Source: the human T2T-CHM13v2.0 reference genome, Homo sapiens
Reading direction: 5' to 3' (one strand)
Length of the DNA stretch: 64,000 bases
Assembly (NCBI RefSeq): GCF_009914755.1
Contig: NC_060937.1
In this document: piece by piece, positions 48,369 to 64,000 of the stretch
Position numbering within the stretch: position 1 is the first letter of the stretch
How the letters are laid out: each line of letters opens with the position of its first letter
The notes under the pieces: model-generated
What the model was told of the DNA's origin: nothing
The model's input: only the letters and a program-made list of their open reading frames with translations
Databases searched by the model: none
Program-made: the position numbers and the translations under genes

Positions 48369-51300
48369 CTTGCTGACTGAAGACCAGAGGGAAAACAATG
48401 ATAATCTGTTCTAAGTTTAAACTTATGATGTTTTTCTTTACAGGCTTCCAAACAGAGCCCACTGAATCAAAGTTGGGTTTCAGGAAGATCACGGAGTTCA
48501 GTGAGCACTCAACACCTCTATCAGACAGACTGTGTGGGCAGTGCCTTCCTGGAGAGGAGAACACAGCAGGATGACTGTGAGTGCAGGGCTGGTGCAGAGT
48601 GGGGGCCCGGATTCAAATTCCACTAAGCCATGTGGACCTAGAAATCTCATGTCCTCCCTCTGCCCTCAGTTCTCTGCACTGTCATAATGTAATTTTAGCA
48701 ATACTTTTTAGGCCCTATTTAGGCCCTACTTCTTAGTATCACAGTACGGGGCTAAAAAATCACTAAATACAGGAAAACCTTAGAGAGGACTGGTACTTCA
48801 GTAATGTTCTCTAAGTGTTTACTACATGCCAGGAGGAATAAGCTGGACACTTAGCAGTGGTGGAATATGGAGGGGGAACTTGGATGGCTCCGGGGCAGTG
48901 GAGCATGCTTTCCTGTTCAGCTTTTCCGTGGGCATGATGCCTTATGGTTTATGGAGAACATCAGCCCTGCAGGGGGTGCAGAGGAGGGGCTGTGGCTGAG
49001 ATTTTACACTTGAGGGTGCTGACATTCAGAGATGATAAGTGACGAGCAGAACCTCAACCCCGCTGAGTGAAGGACCTGAGATGGGAAATGTATTTGGTTC
49101 CCTAGAGAGAGAGTTTCCTGAAAAACTGCCACCTCTTCATCACGCCCTGTGCCAGAGACCCAAGAGACCCTTCACTGTCTTTCCCCAGTCCTCCTAGCCC
49201 AAGGTGTGTGGGTGGACAAAGGTGATGCTCTGGAGGAAATGCCTGAGATAAGGACAGGTCCTTAATGATAAAGAATTCTCCTTCCTCTTTCAGATCCTTG
49301 ACTTCCCCAGTATGACAGCTTAAAGGCTGTCATCTCTGTGGCCTGCCTCCCCTTTCCCTTCACCCTGCCAGCTGCCTCTCAGTGACTGTCTCCTCCAGTG
49401 ACTACACTGAGGGACCAGGGACTGCTTGCCTCCCGAGGCTGCTCAGACCTTCTGACACTGCAAAATGATTGTCAAAAGATGGGTCTGCAAAGAGTAACTT
49501 CGCTTCCAATGATCAAACCTGAATATGCAAGCTACTGTGAATTAACTGGAAAAGTGGCCATGTGGGCTGGTGCTTTGGTGATTTAATGAATTAAGTCTGC
49601 AACCCCCACTGCCTCCTTGACTATTGATCAGAGCTACCTGCAATAAGGTCTGGCTAAGAATGGGCAGTGGTTGCACCAGCTCTGGGTAAAATCTGACCTA
49701 AAATGACCAGTCTCATTCACTAACCTCAACATAGTCTTATGGGTTCAATGGACCTGTCCAATCCTTTGCTCTGTTCTCTCCATCACCTTCCTGTGTAATT
49801 TTCCTCCACCACACACATAATAGAAACATGGCACAGGGTAGCTAATCACCTCTTTTATCCCCCACTTCAGGCTCACACATAAGTTTATAGTAAAAGCCTT
49901 TTCAAATGACTGCTTTAACTGCTGCTACAGCATGTGTCATCAGTTGAATGGAATCTGTCATGTGACTTTAAGCAACCCTTTGTTGAGAGACAAGATTCAA
50001 TACTAGGGACAGTATTCTAGTGTACTACATCATTGATTTTATGTTATGAAGATCATCATTTATTGAACATGTATAAATAACAAAGCGCAGCCTTACTCTT
50101 CAACGCTGTGTGTGTAAATCCACTGAGTGTGCTGACCCCCACGCTTGTACCCACCTGCTAACACAGAAAGGGTCCACTCAGAAGGGAGGCACAGCTCCAG
50201 CACTGAGGCTGTCCACACCAGCTTCACAAGAGGGTTGCCACAAGGACGACGGATACCCGGATAACAACCAAATGGTAATTTGAGTACTTAATGGTCATGA
50301 TCCCTAATGTGTGTAGCTCAGAGGGCTTGTGGTGATAACTCCATCAAGACTCTAAAGCATCTCCCCAATTCTTACTGGACTTGATCCATGTCTTGAGGAG
50401 ACCCAGCTATGACACGCAGGCACCACATTGTCCTACTTAGTGCCTCCCTTAGTGTTTCACAACCTGTGATTTGATCAGAAACATGGGCTTTCTATGTTGG
50501 TTTCACACAAAGGACTATGTGACACCTGCAGGAAGGTGTCTACATAGCTACCTGGATTATGAGATCATGAGGCTCTCTTATGTGAGGGGTGGCGTTTGGG
50601 ATCTCTGCAGGCGTGGGTAATTCCAGGCATAGAGGGTGCTGGAACTCCCTTGCATGGTGAATAGTGATCTCTTCACTGGCTGATAAATAGAGGTTGTAGT
50701 TCAGGCCTTCAACGTTAGCACCATATGAGTAAACATTTTGACTCTTCACTATGCAGCAAGTGAACCAGGGCACATTTATTTATGTGGCTTAGTTTCTCCA
50801 TCTGGCATGTGGGCTCAATAAACAAGCTCACAACATATGGGCATGATGATGATGAGGTGTGAACTAATGTAAGTAAAGTATGTGGTCTGACTTGTTAAAT
50901 TAAGAAAAATGGCACTGAGAGTTGTGCTGGGTAAACACAACATTTTTTTCCTAGGGAAAACACACAGACACACATTCACAAGCAAATCATGCAGACTTGC
51001 ACACAGACCACCTCACCCCACCCCCGCCCTAATACACACATAACCACACACAACCTAATGTGAACACGTTCCCAGAAACTATAAATAGATAAAAAGAGTA
51101 TGTCACCTGGAAAACCAGTTTCTTTTACTATACCCCACATCCTCATTCCCACAAGATATCTTGGATCATGGAGGCTCTCCAGACAAAAGCCAGCAGTTAA
51201 GCTCCAGATTTCCTGTAGAATCCTTTTCTAACAACCAGTGAATGATTCCAGAATACGTACCATTGAATGTGCTCCCTGAAGTCACCTGTAATTAGAGAAG

Positions 51301-52319
51301 GAAAACACTCTGAGAATCAGGCTATGCTATGGATGGCTCACACAGGTCTTTTGTTCACTTGGAAACTCTGGGTAACCAAGATTGGAAATAAGGTTCAAGT
51401 CAAAAGCCCCAACTCTAGAGTAGAGTTCCCTTAGGAAAGCACAGGAGCTTTTCTTGAAGAATGTTTGTGTCTAGGTAATTTTTGAGTAGCAATTGAAGAA
51501 TTCTTATCTAAAGTGGAAAGCTTGTTCCTGAAGAAAACATCCCTTAACACGCAGTGTATTATCTGACACTGCCAATTTTGCACGTCCTCTGGAATCAGGT
51601 GTCAGTTGGTAAAATACACCTCCTCCATCCCCAAGGAAATATTATCTAACATCTATAATGTAGTGGATAATTTTCCCATAGCTGATATCAACCGAAAAAT
51701 AAAGGATCCAAGAAAACAACATTTACATCTTAGGCAAAGACAGGCTGCTTTACCTTGGTAGTAGAGCAGGGCTCCCTTTTCACACGCTTTTTGGAAGAAT
51801 TCTTCGAGTCACCTAGGGGATGTGGAGGGACACAGCATGGCTGTCAGTTCATTGGCAGTGCTACTCATGAATGACTCAGGGACTGGAACTTAGGGGTGTG
51901 CCTGGTTAACAAGCATGGAATGAGCTTCTCCTGGACCATCTTCTTCACGGACCAAGGAAGGCAAAGAAACAGCAGCAAGGAAATGAGAGTAGAGACCTTG
52001 GCTTTCCAGGTAATGGCAAATGAAAGCAACGTGAAATAATCAAACTCCAAATGAACAAATGCTAAAATACATGCTAGGATTCAACCACAGCATCCTGTCA
52101 CTTCTTCAGACCCTTTAAAAGCCCAGCAAGACTGCCACTACCTTCTTGACATCTACCAAGTCCCTTTCAACCTCCACAGACCCACATACACTGCTACTGC
52201 ATTTATCATGGAGGGTATAGGGTTCTGCCTTGTTTATGTGTGAATTTTTTAAAAACTAGATTTAATACCATGCACCAGCATTAATTGTACTTATTTCTTT
52301 TCTTGGTTATGAAAATAGT

Positions 52320-52893
<574 letters not shown>

Positions 52894-54064
52894 TTAAAGA
52901 TTAGAAAATACTGAAATACTTATATTTTAAAATAACCACTATAACCATACATTTTCCGTTCAGTCTTCCTTTGCCCTGTGTTTGCAGTCATCGTGTGAGG
53001 GGCTGCCCATGTTCAGCCCAGGCAACCCACAGCGAGAGAGGGCAGAGCAGGGAGATGGGCCCTGGTGAGCACTGAGGCTCTTCAAACCAGCTGCCAAGGG
53101 AGTTGCAAGCAGGGTGACACATGAGGCTCATTATTTAGTGGTATTTTGTGTTCTTGTCTTGTCCCCAGGTTGTGTAGCTCACAGACTTTTTTTTTTTTTT
53201 AACATTTCTATAGGGGTCATTTGAAGTTCATAACACCATCAAACATCAGTACAGGGTCTTCCCATTATTTACCGGCTTTGGGATATGTGCTGAGGAGTGG
53301 CCGCGCACTGAAGGAATGTGACCGGTTGTCCCAAGTGTTCCTCCAACTCAAAATCCGCAACCAGTTCAAAAGCATTTGGGCTTTTATGAGCCTTTCACAT
53401 AAAGACTATGACACTGCTAAGCTATTCATGTACTAATACCTGCCCTGAGCTGTGTGACCACAGACACCACCCTATAATGTGGCCAGTGTGTAGGAACTCT
53501 ACAGGCTCAGATCATTCCAGACATACATGCAGATGTTGGGACTCCCTTGCACAGTGACTCATGATCCCAAGGCTGAGTGCTGAGGGCAGGTCAGTAGTTC
53601 AGAGCCTCAGCATTGGGGCTGTATGCTTGGGTTCCCATCTTGGCTCTTTTGCTGAGGGGCTAATAAGCTTGGGCACATTCATCTCTGTCTTTTTCTGCCC
53701 AGTGAAAGGTGATAGTAAATCAATCATGCCATTTGTCTGTGGTGATGGCCGAATGATTTGATGTAGGTAAAGTGTACAGTATAAGTGCTCATGAGGCTTA
53801 ATTATCAGGGAAATGTCTTGCTTTAGATTTCACAGCTTAGTAAGGCTCAGAGGCTTATTCACGCCCAGGATTCTGAACTCCCAAGTCATTGTTCTATGAC
53901 ATGCACCTGCTTGGCCTAAAACCAACCACTTTATCATAATGCAGACCCAGTTTTGAAAGAAGCAGATAAAGTTGTCAAAAGTACTGTGTCTGCCTCAGCG
54001 CACACACAGTGCGCTCCACACAAAGGGCATCACCATCTGCCACAATGGCCCAGTGGCCTGGCTG

Positions 54065-54240
54065 GTGCAGACAGTGGCAGAGCAAAGGGCAAGAGATCCC
54101 TAATCCCATCACCATGGTCGATAGGGCATCATAGACATTCCAGGGTGAAGGCACAATCCACGTTGTGAGGTCCAACTGCTGCCATGTAGACAGGTGTGTT
54201 TTTACATGTACAGGAAGATCATTGAAGATAAGTGTTTTTT
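54065..54240 (+). repeat. Isolated partial copy of the HSATI-like unit body
   Basis: AGATCCCTAATCCCATCACCATGG...CATTCCAGGGTGAAGGCACAATCCAC...TTTTACATGTACAGGAAG matches 55800-55970. Confidence 0.85.
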
Positions 54241-55975
54241 ATCCATGGTTAACAGATGAGATGACCATGAAATGAACACCAGTGTACTGGGTGGAGCAGC
54301 TTATCTATTCAGTCTTCTGCACTAAAACCTGTGAAACAATATCATCTTGCCTTATTTACTAACAAATACAAGTGCCTCTAAACTTAGACAGTTGCCAAGT
54401 CATGGAACTGATGAGCACTTAGCTCCTGCAGAGAGCTCTGGATGATGGGTCGGGAGAACAAAGTCACACAATACATCAAAACAGCATTAACAAGTAAACA
54501 GGATTTCAAAGCTCTCTACAGGCAAATTTACACAATTATCCTTTTAATTTTAATCTTCATATATATGTACATAATCTACTTGCTTCTGAGTATAAATAAA
54601 ACTGTATGTTCTTAGTTAATAGTCTCTACCAATTAATTCTATTTATCTTTCTGAGTTGAAATACTGCATCTCATTGGATAACAAAAAAAAATTTGACTAA
54701 GATTACACTGGAAAGGTGAGTAGGTTGGGTGATTGACTGTGATTGACAATTCCATGATTTTGGATAACTCCAAAAGCATAAAAATAAATGTGAGTTTTAT
54801 TTCACACGCAGACAATACACGTTCTTATTACTTTAAAAAATTAATATGTGAATGGAAATGACTTACTACAAATTTATTAAATACACATTTCACAAAAAAA
54901 GAAGAGAGGAAGGGAAAAACATGTTAAAAACAAAGATAGGTACATTTTATGGTGTGAAAAGCCTCCAACCCATCCATACTACTGTGGCTTTGTTCCAAAG
55001 TTTTGGAAAGTAATGATTTCATAGGTTCTTAATTAGGTTAAAAACTGAATTAAAATAGACTTTGCCATATTCTCCCCTAGGGAATAATTAATCTGTGGGG
55101 TGGGGGATGGAACGTTGAAGGATGCAGGATGTAAAAGGAAATTATACATATATTATAAATATAATTATATATGTATAACATATATTATACAATATATATA
55201 ATATATAAATAATATATTATATATATTATATATCTATATTATATATTATATAATTATATATACAATTATATATATAAAATACATATATATATATAATTTG
55301 GGAATTTGGGAATAAACTGAATCCCAATTCACACTGGGATTACAAAAGCTGCCACCATGCCTGGCTAATTATTTCTATTTTTAGTAGAGACAGGGTTTCA
55401 GTGTATTGGCCAGGATGGTCTTGATCTCCTCACCTTGTGATCCTCTTGCCATGGCCTCCCAAAGAGCTGGGATTACAGGCCTGAGAAAAGATACACATTT
55501 TTTAAATGAAGAAAAATTTCAAAGGTACTCTGCTTGGTACAATAATCAAATATACAAATTGAGGAATAAAACATAACCATGAAACATATTTATAACTGCA
55601 TATGGAAAATACAGAGGATAAATTTTTAAATAAAATATTTTGAAAGACGTAACTAGTAATTTGAAAAGATCGCATTTGACAAGCCAGTATGAACATACCT
55701 TGAATGCAGTAACACAGGTTCCCCATAAGAAAAATAAAAATCAGGGAAAATGAAACTACAAGGTTCAATCTGCTCTGACCTTTGAAAAACTCAGCACAGA
55801 CAGTGGCACTTAGGACCAAGGGCAGGAGATCCCTAATCCCATCACCATGGTGATAGGGCATAAACATTCCAGGGTGAAGGCACAATCCACATTGTGAGGT
55901 CCAACTGCTGCCATGCAGACAGGTGTGCTTTTACATGTACAGGAAGGTCATTGAAGGCTCAGTGTTTTGTTTCAA

Positions 55976-57638
<1,663 letters not shown>

Positions 57639-58270
57639 TGATCTCCTCACCTTGTGATCCTCTTGCCTTGGCCTCCCAAAATGCTGGGATTACAGGCCTT
57701 AGCCAAGATACATATTTTTTAAATGAAGAAAAATTTCAAAGGTGCTCTGCTTGGTACAATAACCAAATATATAAATTGAGGAATAAAACATGACCATGAA
57801 ACATATTTATAATTGCATATGGAAAATACAGAGGATAATTTTTTAAATAACATATTTTGAAAGCATTAACTAGTAATTTGAAATGATCACATTTGACAGG
57901 CCAGTATGAAGATATCTTGAATGCAGCAACACAGGTTCCCCATAAGAAAAATAAAAATCAAGGAAAATGAAACCACAAAGGTTCAATTTGCTCTGACATT
58001 TGAAAAACTCAGCACAGACAGTGGCACTTAGGACCAAGGGCAGGAGATCCCTAATCCCATCACCTTGGCGATAGGGCATAAACATTCCAGGGTGAAGGCA
58101 CAATACACATTGTGAGGTCCAACTGCTACCAGGCAGACAGGAGTGCTTTTACATGTACAGGAAGGTCATTGAAGGCTCAGTGTTTTGTTTCAAAAACTGA
58201 ATCCGAAGCCCACACATTATTATGCTGTGCTAGTTAAAATAAGTTATGAGATGGGAAATAGGGCAACCCC

Positions 58271-60135
58271 ATATATATATAAAATTACATACAATATAAT
58301 ATATATAACATATATAACACATATATAATTTCCTTTTACATCCTGAATGCTTATATTATATATAATATATTATATATAATAAATAATAATATATAATTAT
58401 ATGTAATATATATAATGATATAGATATAATTATTATAAATGTATAAAATTATATGTGTACTTATATAATTATATATAATTGTATATAATTATATATATAA
58501 TTACATATAATTGTATATAATTATATATATAATTACATATAATTGTATATAATTATATATATAATTACATATGTAATTATATATAATATACGATATATAT
58601 TCTATATAATATACGATATATATTCTATATAATATACGATATATATTCTATATAATATACGATATATATTCTATATAATATACGATATATATTATATATA
58701 ATATAAGATATATATTATATATAATATACGGTATATATTATATATAATGTAATATACTATATATATTATATATAATGTAATATACGATATATATTATATA
58801 TGATATCTAATATCTAATATATAATATATATTACATATATCATAATATAATACATATTATAATATGTATAACATACATTATATTATATATAATATATTAA
58901 AATATATAACATATTATATATAATATAATATATATAATATACATTATATATATTATATATTAATTATTTAATATATAATATAATATCATATATGTTATAT
59001 ATTATTTAATATATTATATATATTATATAACATTATATATTATATTATATATTATATAATTATATATTTTATAATTATATAATATATATAATTATATAAT
59101 TGTATAATTATAATTATATATATTATATATTATATTATGTATTGTGTATAATTATATATATTATAAGATATATTGTAATATATTATATAATATATATTTT
59201 TATATTATTTATAATATATATCATATATTATTTATAATATATTTATATTATATATTATATATTATATACATATTATATAATTATACATATATATTATATG
59301 TTATATATAATATACGTATTATATAATATATAATTATATAATTATAATTATATAATTAATCTATATAATTATGTAATATATTATATAATATATATTATAT
59401 AATATATGTAATATATTATATAATATATATAATATAATATATTATATATAATAATATAATATAATATATTATATATAATAATATAATATATTATATATAA
59501 TAATATAACATATACTATATTATGATATATTACATATAATATAATTTTATACAATATATAATTATATATAATATAATATATAATATTTATAATATATATC
59601 ATATATTATATATTATACATCATATACTATATATAATATATCATATTATATATGTCATATATTATATATATTATATATGGTATATATTATATATAATAAA
59701 TGATATATTATATGGTATATATTATATATAATATATGATATATATGTTATACAGTATATTATATATAACATATATTATATTTAATATATAATATATATTT
59801 AATATATATATAATATATAATATATAATATATATGCTATATAATACATATCATATGTCATGTTATATATATTAAATATATAATATATATTTATATTATAT
59901 AGTTATATTAATGTATTATATTAATATTAATATATTAAATATATTACATATATATTTAATATATAATATATATTATTTACGATATATAATATATAATATA
60001 TAATATATAGTATGACATAATATATATTACATATATTATATATTATGACATATAATATATATTACATATATATGACATATAATATATATTACATATATTA
60101 TGACATATATATTATATATTACATATATATATAAT
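58271..60135. repeat. AT-rich low-complexity block 2
   Basis: Almost pure A/T with a 23-bp sub-array. Confidence 0.97.
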
Positions 60136-60145
60136 TTTGTTTTAG

Positions 60146-60355
<210 letters not shown>

Positions 60356-61061
60356 TGATCTTCTCACCTTGTGATCCTCTTGCCTTGGCCTCCCAAAGTG
60401 CTGGGATTACAGGCCTTAGCCAAGATACATGTTTTTTAAATGAAGAAAAATTTCAAAGGTACTCTGCTTGGTACAATAATCAAACATATAAATTGAGGAA
60501 TAAAACATAGCCATGAAACATATTTATAACTGCATATGGAAAATACAGAGGATAATTTTTTAAATAACATATTTTGAAAGCATTAACTAGTAATTTGAAG
60601 AGTTCGCATTTGACAGGCCAGTATGAACATACCTTGAATGCAGCAACACAGGTTCCCCATAAGAAAAATCAAAATCAGGGAAAATGAAACCACAAAGGTT
60701 CAATCTGCTCTGACCTTTGAAAAACTCATCACAGACAGTGGCACTTAGGACCAAGGGCAGGAGATCCCTAATCCCATCACCATGGCGATAGGGCATAAAC
60801 ATTCCAGGGTGAAGGCATAATCCACATTGTGAGGTCCAACTGCTGCCATGCAGACAGGTGTGCTTTTACATGTACAGGAAGGTCATTGAAGGCTCAGTGT
60901 TTTGTTTCAAAAACTGAATGCCAAGCCCACACATTATTTTGCTGTGGTTCTTAAAATAAGTTATGAGATGGGAAATAGGGCACCCCCAAATATAGCCAAT
61001 AGTGAGAGTTTCAAATTGAAGAGTGGCACAACTGATACGTTGAGAATAAACAGAGATTCCA

Positions 61062-62567
61062 TTCTGTTTTTTCTTTTTCAACTTTTATGTTAGATTCAGG
61101 GTGTACACGTGCAGGTTTTTTCCTGGGTGTATTGTGTGGTGCTGAGGTTTGGGGTGTGAATGATCCCAACACCCAGGTACTGAACATGGTACTCAGCAGT
61201 TTTTCAACCTTTTCCTTCCTCCCTCCCCCTCCTAGCAGTCCCTAGTGTCTATTGTCACCATCTTCATGTCCATGGGTACTCAGAATTTAGCTCCTACTTA
61301 TAGGAACATGAGGCGTTTGTTTTCTTTTACTGCATTAGTTCACTTCCTGGATTCCAGCTCTATCCATTTTCCCTCATAGAACATAATTTTATTCTTTTTT
61401 GTGGCTGCATAGTATTCAATGGTCTATATGTACCACATTTTTATCCAGTCCACTGTTGATGGGCACCTAGGTTGATCCCATGTCTTTGCTAATGTGAATA
61501 ATGTTGCAATAAACATACAAGTGCATATGTCTTTTTGGTGGAATGATTTGTTTTCTTTTGGATACATATTCGGTAATGAGACTGCTGGGTTGAATGTTAG
61601 TTCTGTTTTATGATCTTTGAGAAATCTCCAAATTGCTTTCCACAGTGGCTGAACTAACTTACATTCCCACCAAAGGTGTATAAGCATTCCCTTTTCTCCT
61701 TATCCTTGCCAGTATCTGCTATTTTTTTTTTGACTTTTTAAAAATAGCCATTCTGACTGGTGTGAGATAATATCTCATTGTGGTTTTGATTTGCATTTCT
61801 CTCATGATTAGTGATGATGAGCATTTTTTTCATGGTTGTTGGCTGCATGTATGTCTCCTTCTGAGAAGTGTCTATGTCTTTTGCCCCTTTTTAAATGGGG
61901 TTGTGTTTTGCTTGTTGAATTATGTTCCTTATAGATTCTAAATATTAGACCTTTGTTGGATGCATAGTTTGTGAATAATTTCCCCCATTCTGTAGGTTGT
62001 TTACTCTGCTGATGGTTTCCTTTGCTGTGTGGCAGCTCTTTAGTTTAATTAGGTCCCATTTGTCAACTTTTGCTTTTGTTGCAATTTCTTTTGAAGACTT
62101 AGTCATGAATTATTTCCCATAGCCCATATCCAGAATGGTACTTTTGAAGTTTTTCTTCTTGGATTATTGTAGTTTGAGGTCTTAAATTTAAATCTTTAAT
62201 CCAACCTGAGTTAATTTTTGTATATGGTGAAAAGGTGACCAGTTTTTTGTTTTTTTGTTTTTGTTTTTTGTTTGTTTGTTTGTTTTTTGAGAGGTAGTCT
62301 TCCTCTGTCACCAGGCTGTAGTGGAGTGGTGCCATCTCAGCTCACAGCAACCTCCACCTGCCGGGTTCAAGCGATTCTCCTGCCTCAGCTTCCTGAGTCA
62401 CTGGGATTACAGGCACGTGCCACCACACCCAGCTAATTTTTGTATTTTTAGTAGAGACAGGGTTTCACCATGTTGGTCAGGCTGGACTCGATCTTCTGAC
62501 CTTGTGATCCTCCCACCTTGGCCTCCCAAAGTGCTGGGATCACAGTCATGAGCCACTGTGCCTGGCC
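61062..62567 (-). mobile_element. L1P 3' fragment (61062-62240) and Alu (62240-62567)
   Basis: Translates to an L1 ORF2 C-terminal-like peptide (HLWWECKLVQPLWKAIWRFLK); Alu consensus. Confidence 0.88.
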
Positions 62568-64000
62568 AATAAGGTGCATTATTAACATCAATAAAGCTCA
62601 GGAACCAGCTTCCACCATATTTGTGTTTAATTTACAGTTTTTCTCAGAGTCTTTGGAATAGATTCCTCCCTCCATGAGCCAGAGAACTTACAATGTTCAC
62701 TGCAGTGTCTTTAAATGTAGCAGTAGCAGCTGTGGGTTGAGAACACAAGTCTTCCACTTTTCCTTTTAGAGCCAGCCATTCACGGTGCTCTGTGTTCTTA
62801 TTCAGCATTGGGTAGGGGCATCTGGGTGCTGGGCATAGCACCAGTGCCCCATGGAGGAGGGAGGCAGGAAGCCCCTTTCTTCCTTCTCTAAAACCTTTTT
62901 TCTTTATGTAGATCCAAGTTTTTAGCCTATATCATTTTCTTCTCTCTGGATAACTTCTTTTAACATTTTGACAGATCTACTGACAGCAAATTTGTGTTTC
63001 TCTGAGAAAGTCTTTATTTTTCTTCACTTTGGAAAGATAATTTTGCAGAATACAGAATTTTAGGTTGGTGGAATTTTCTTGCTTGCTTGCATGGGTTCTG
63101 AAGAAAAGTTTGATGCAATTTTTATTCTTATTCTAACAGGTGTTAGGCCCTGCTAAAGCCCAAGGTGGTTAGACTCTTGTGAAATGGTTTCCCTGGGGCA
63201 GGCTTTTGCTAAGGAGAACGGAACACCCAGGGCGTATTTCAAAGTAGTTACTTTTCCCCTTCCCTGTGGGAAGCAGGAGGGAATTTTTCTCTGATGTGCA
63301 TAAGAGCATCTGGCAGAGCTCTCGGAGGTTCATGAAAGTGTAGGGCCCCCTAAGACTGGGCTCCCTTAATTCTTAATTCCCAAGTTTATGTGCATGGAGC
63401 CTCCAGCGATTTGTTGTTTACATGTAAGTCTTCCCACCGTGGTTCTGGCTCCAGTGGCCAGCCTCCGATCCTGTTAGGCTGGGACTCACTGCCTCTCAAA
63501 TTTGGGGGATAACGGTTTGCCCTGTTAACCTCAAGTCTCTGATGGATCTAAGAAAAGTTGTTAATTTTCAGTTTGTTCAAGGTGTTTTTTGTTGTTGTTG
63601 TGAGGACAGGAGTGACAGCTTCCAAGCTGGAAAACAGAAGTCACATTTGGGTTTTGTTTCAAGATATTTTTCCAATGACAGAGAATGATGCCACACACAT
63701 TTCCATAGATGTCTTTTGATGCAGATGTGCATGCGTTTCTGTTATCCTAAGAGTGAAATACCTGAGTCCTAAATGTGCTCCTTTCTAGAACCTTTATTCA
63801 ATGCCAAACACAGTGTCCCCTCCAGCAGTGATGAGAGTTCTTGTTGCTCCAGATTCTCTCCAACATTTGGTGTTCTATCTTTTACATTTTAGCCGTTTTG
63901 GAGGATATGTTATCCTGTTGTGATGTTAATTTGCATTTACATGAATATTAAGAAAGCTGAACACATTCAAGTTTTGCTTTTATAAATTACATGTTTAAGT

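Noticed and set aside
58271-60135. A true long palindrome (PATRR)
   Set aside because: No symmetry centre could be established by eye, and low-complexity AT DNA self-matches trivially; needs an inverted-repeat search.

Overview
Primate (most likely human) segmental-duplication DNA of the 22q11 LCR22 type. The exact paralog cannot be fixed from sequence alone; the GGT4P/FAM230C-like copy is one candidate. On the + strand is an 11-exon, multiply disabled gamma-glutamyltransferase pseudogene of the GGT1/GGT2 lineage (3021-17058; the first coding exon is not in the window). It is followed by a solo HERV-K(HML-2) LTR5 with a perfect 6-bp target-site duplication and an orphan GGT5-like first exon. 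A convergent FAM230-like gene on the - strand ends in a ~5 kb CpG-rich 27-bp VNTR (33470-38495). Three HSATI/Alu/AT-rich composite units resembling DYZ2/HSat1B lie at 55.1-61.1 kb. The rest is Alu, L1, L2, MIR and MLT2 sequence. The main discovery candidate is a set of four small minus-strand GT-AG exons that splice with matching phases into the acidic (DAVQGIANE)n frame of the VNTR. This suggests the nominally non-coding FAM230 family hides a spliced, length-variable acidic repeat protein, truncated in this copy by a 13-bp duplication. Repeat boundaries were read by eye and are approximate; family assignments rest on recalled consensus sequences, not database searches.
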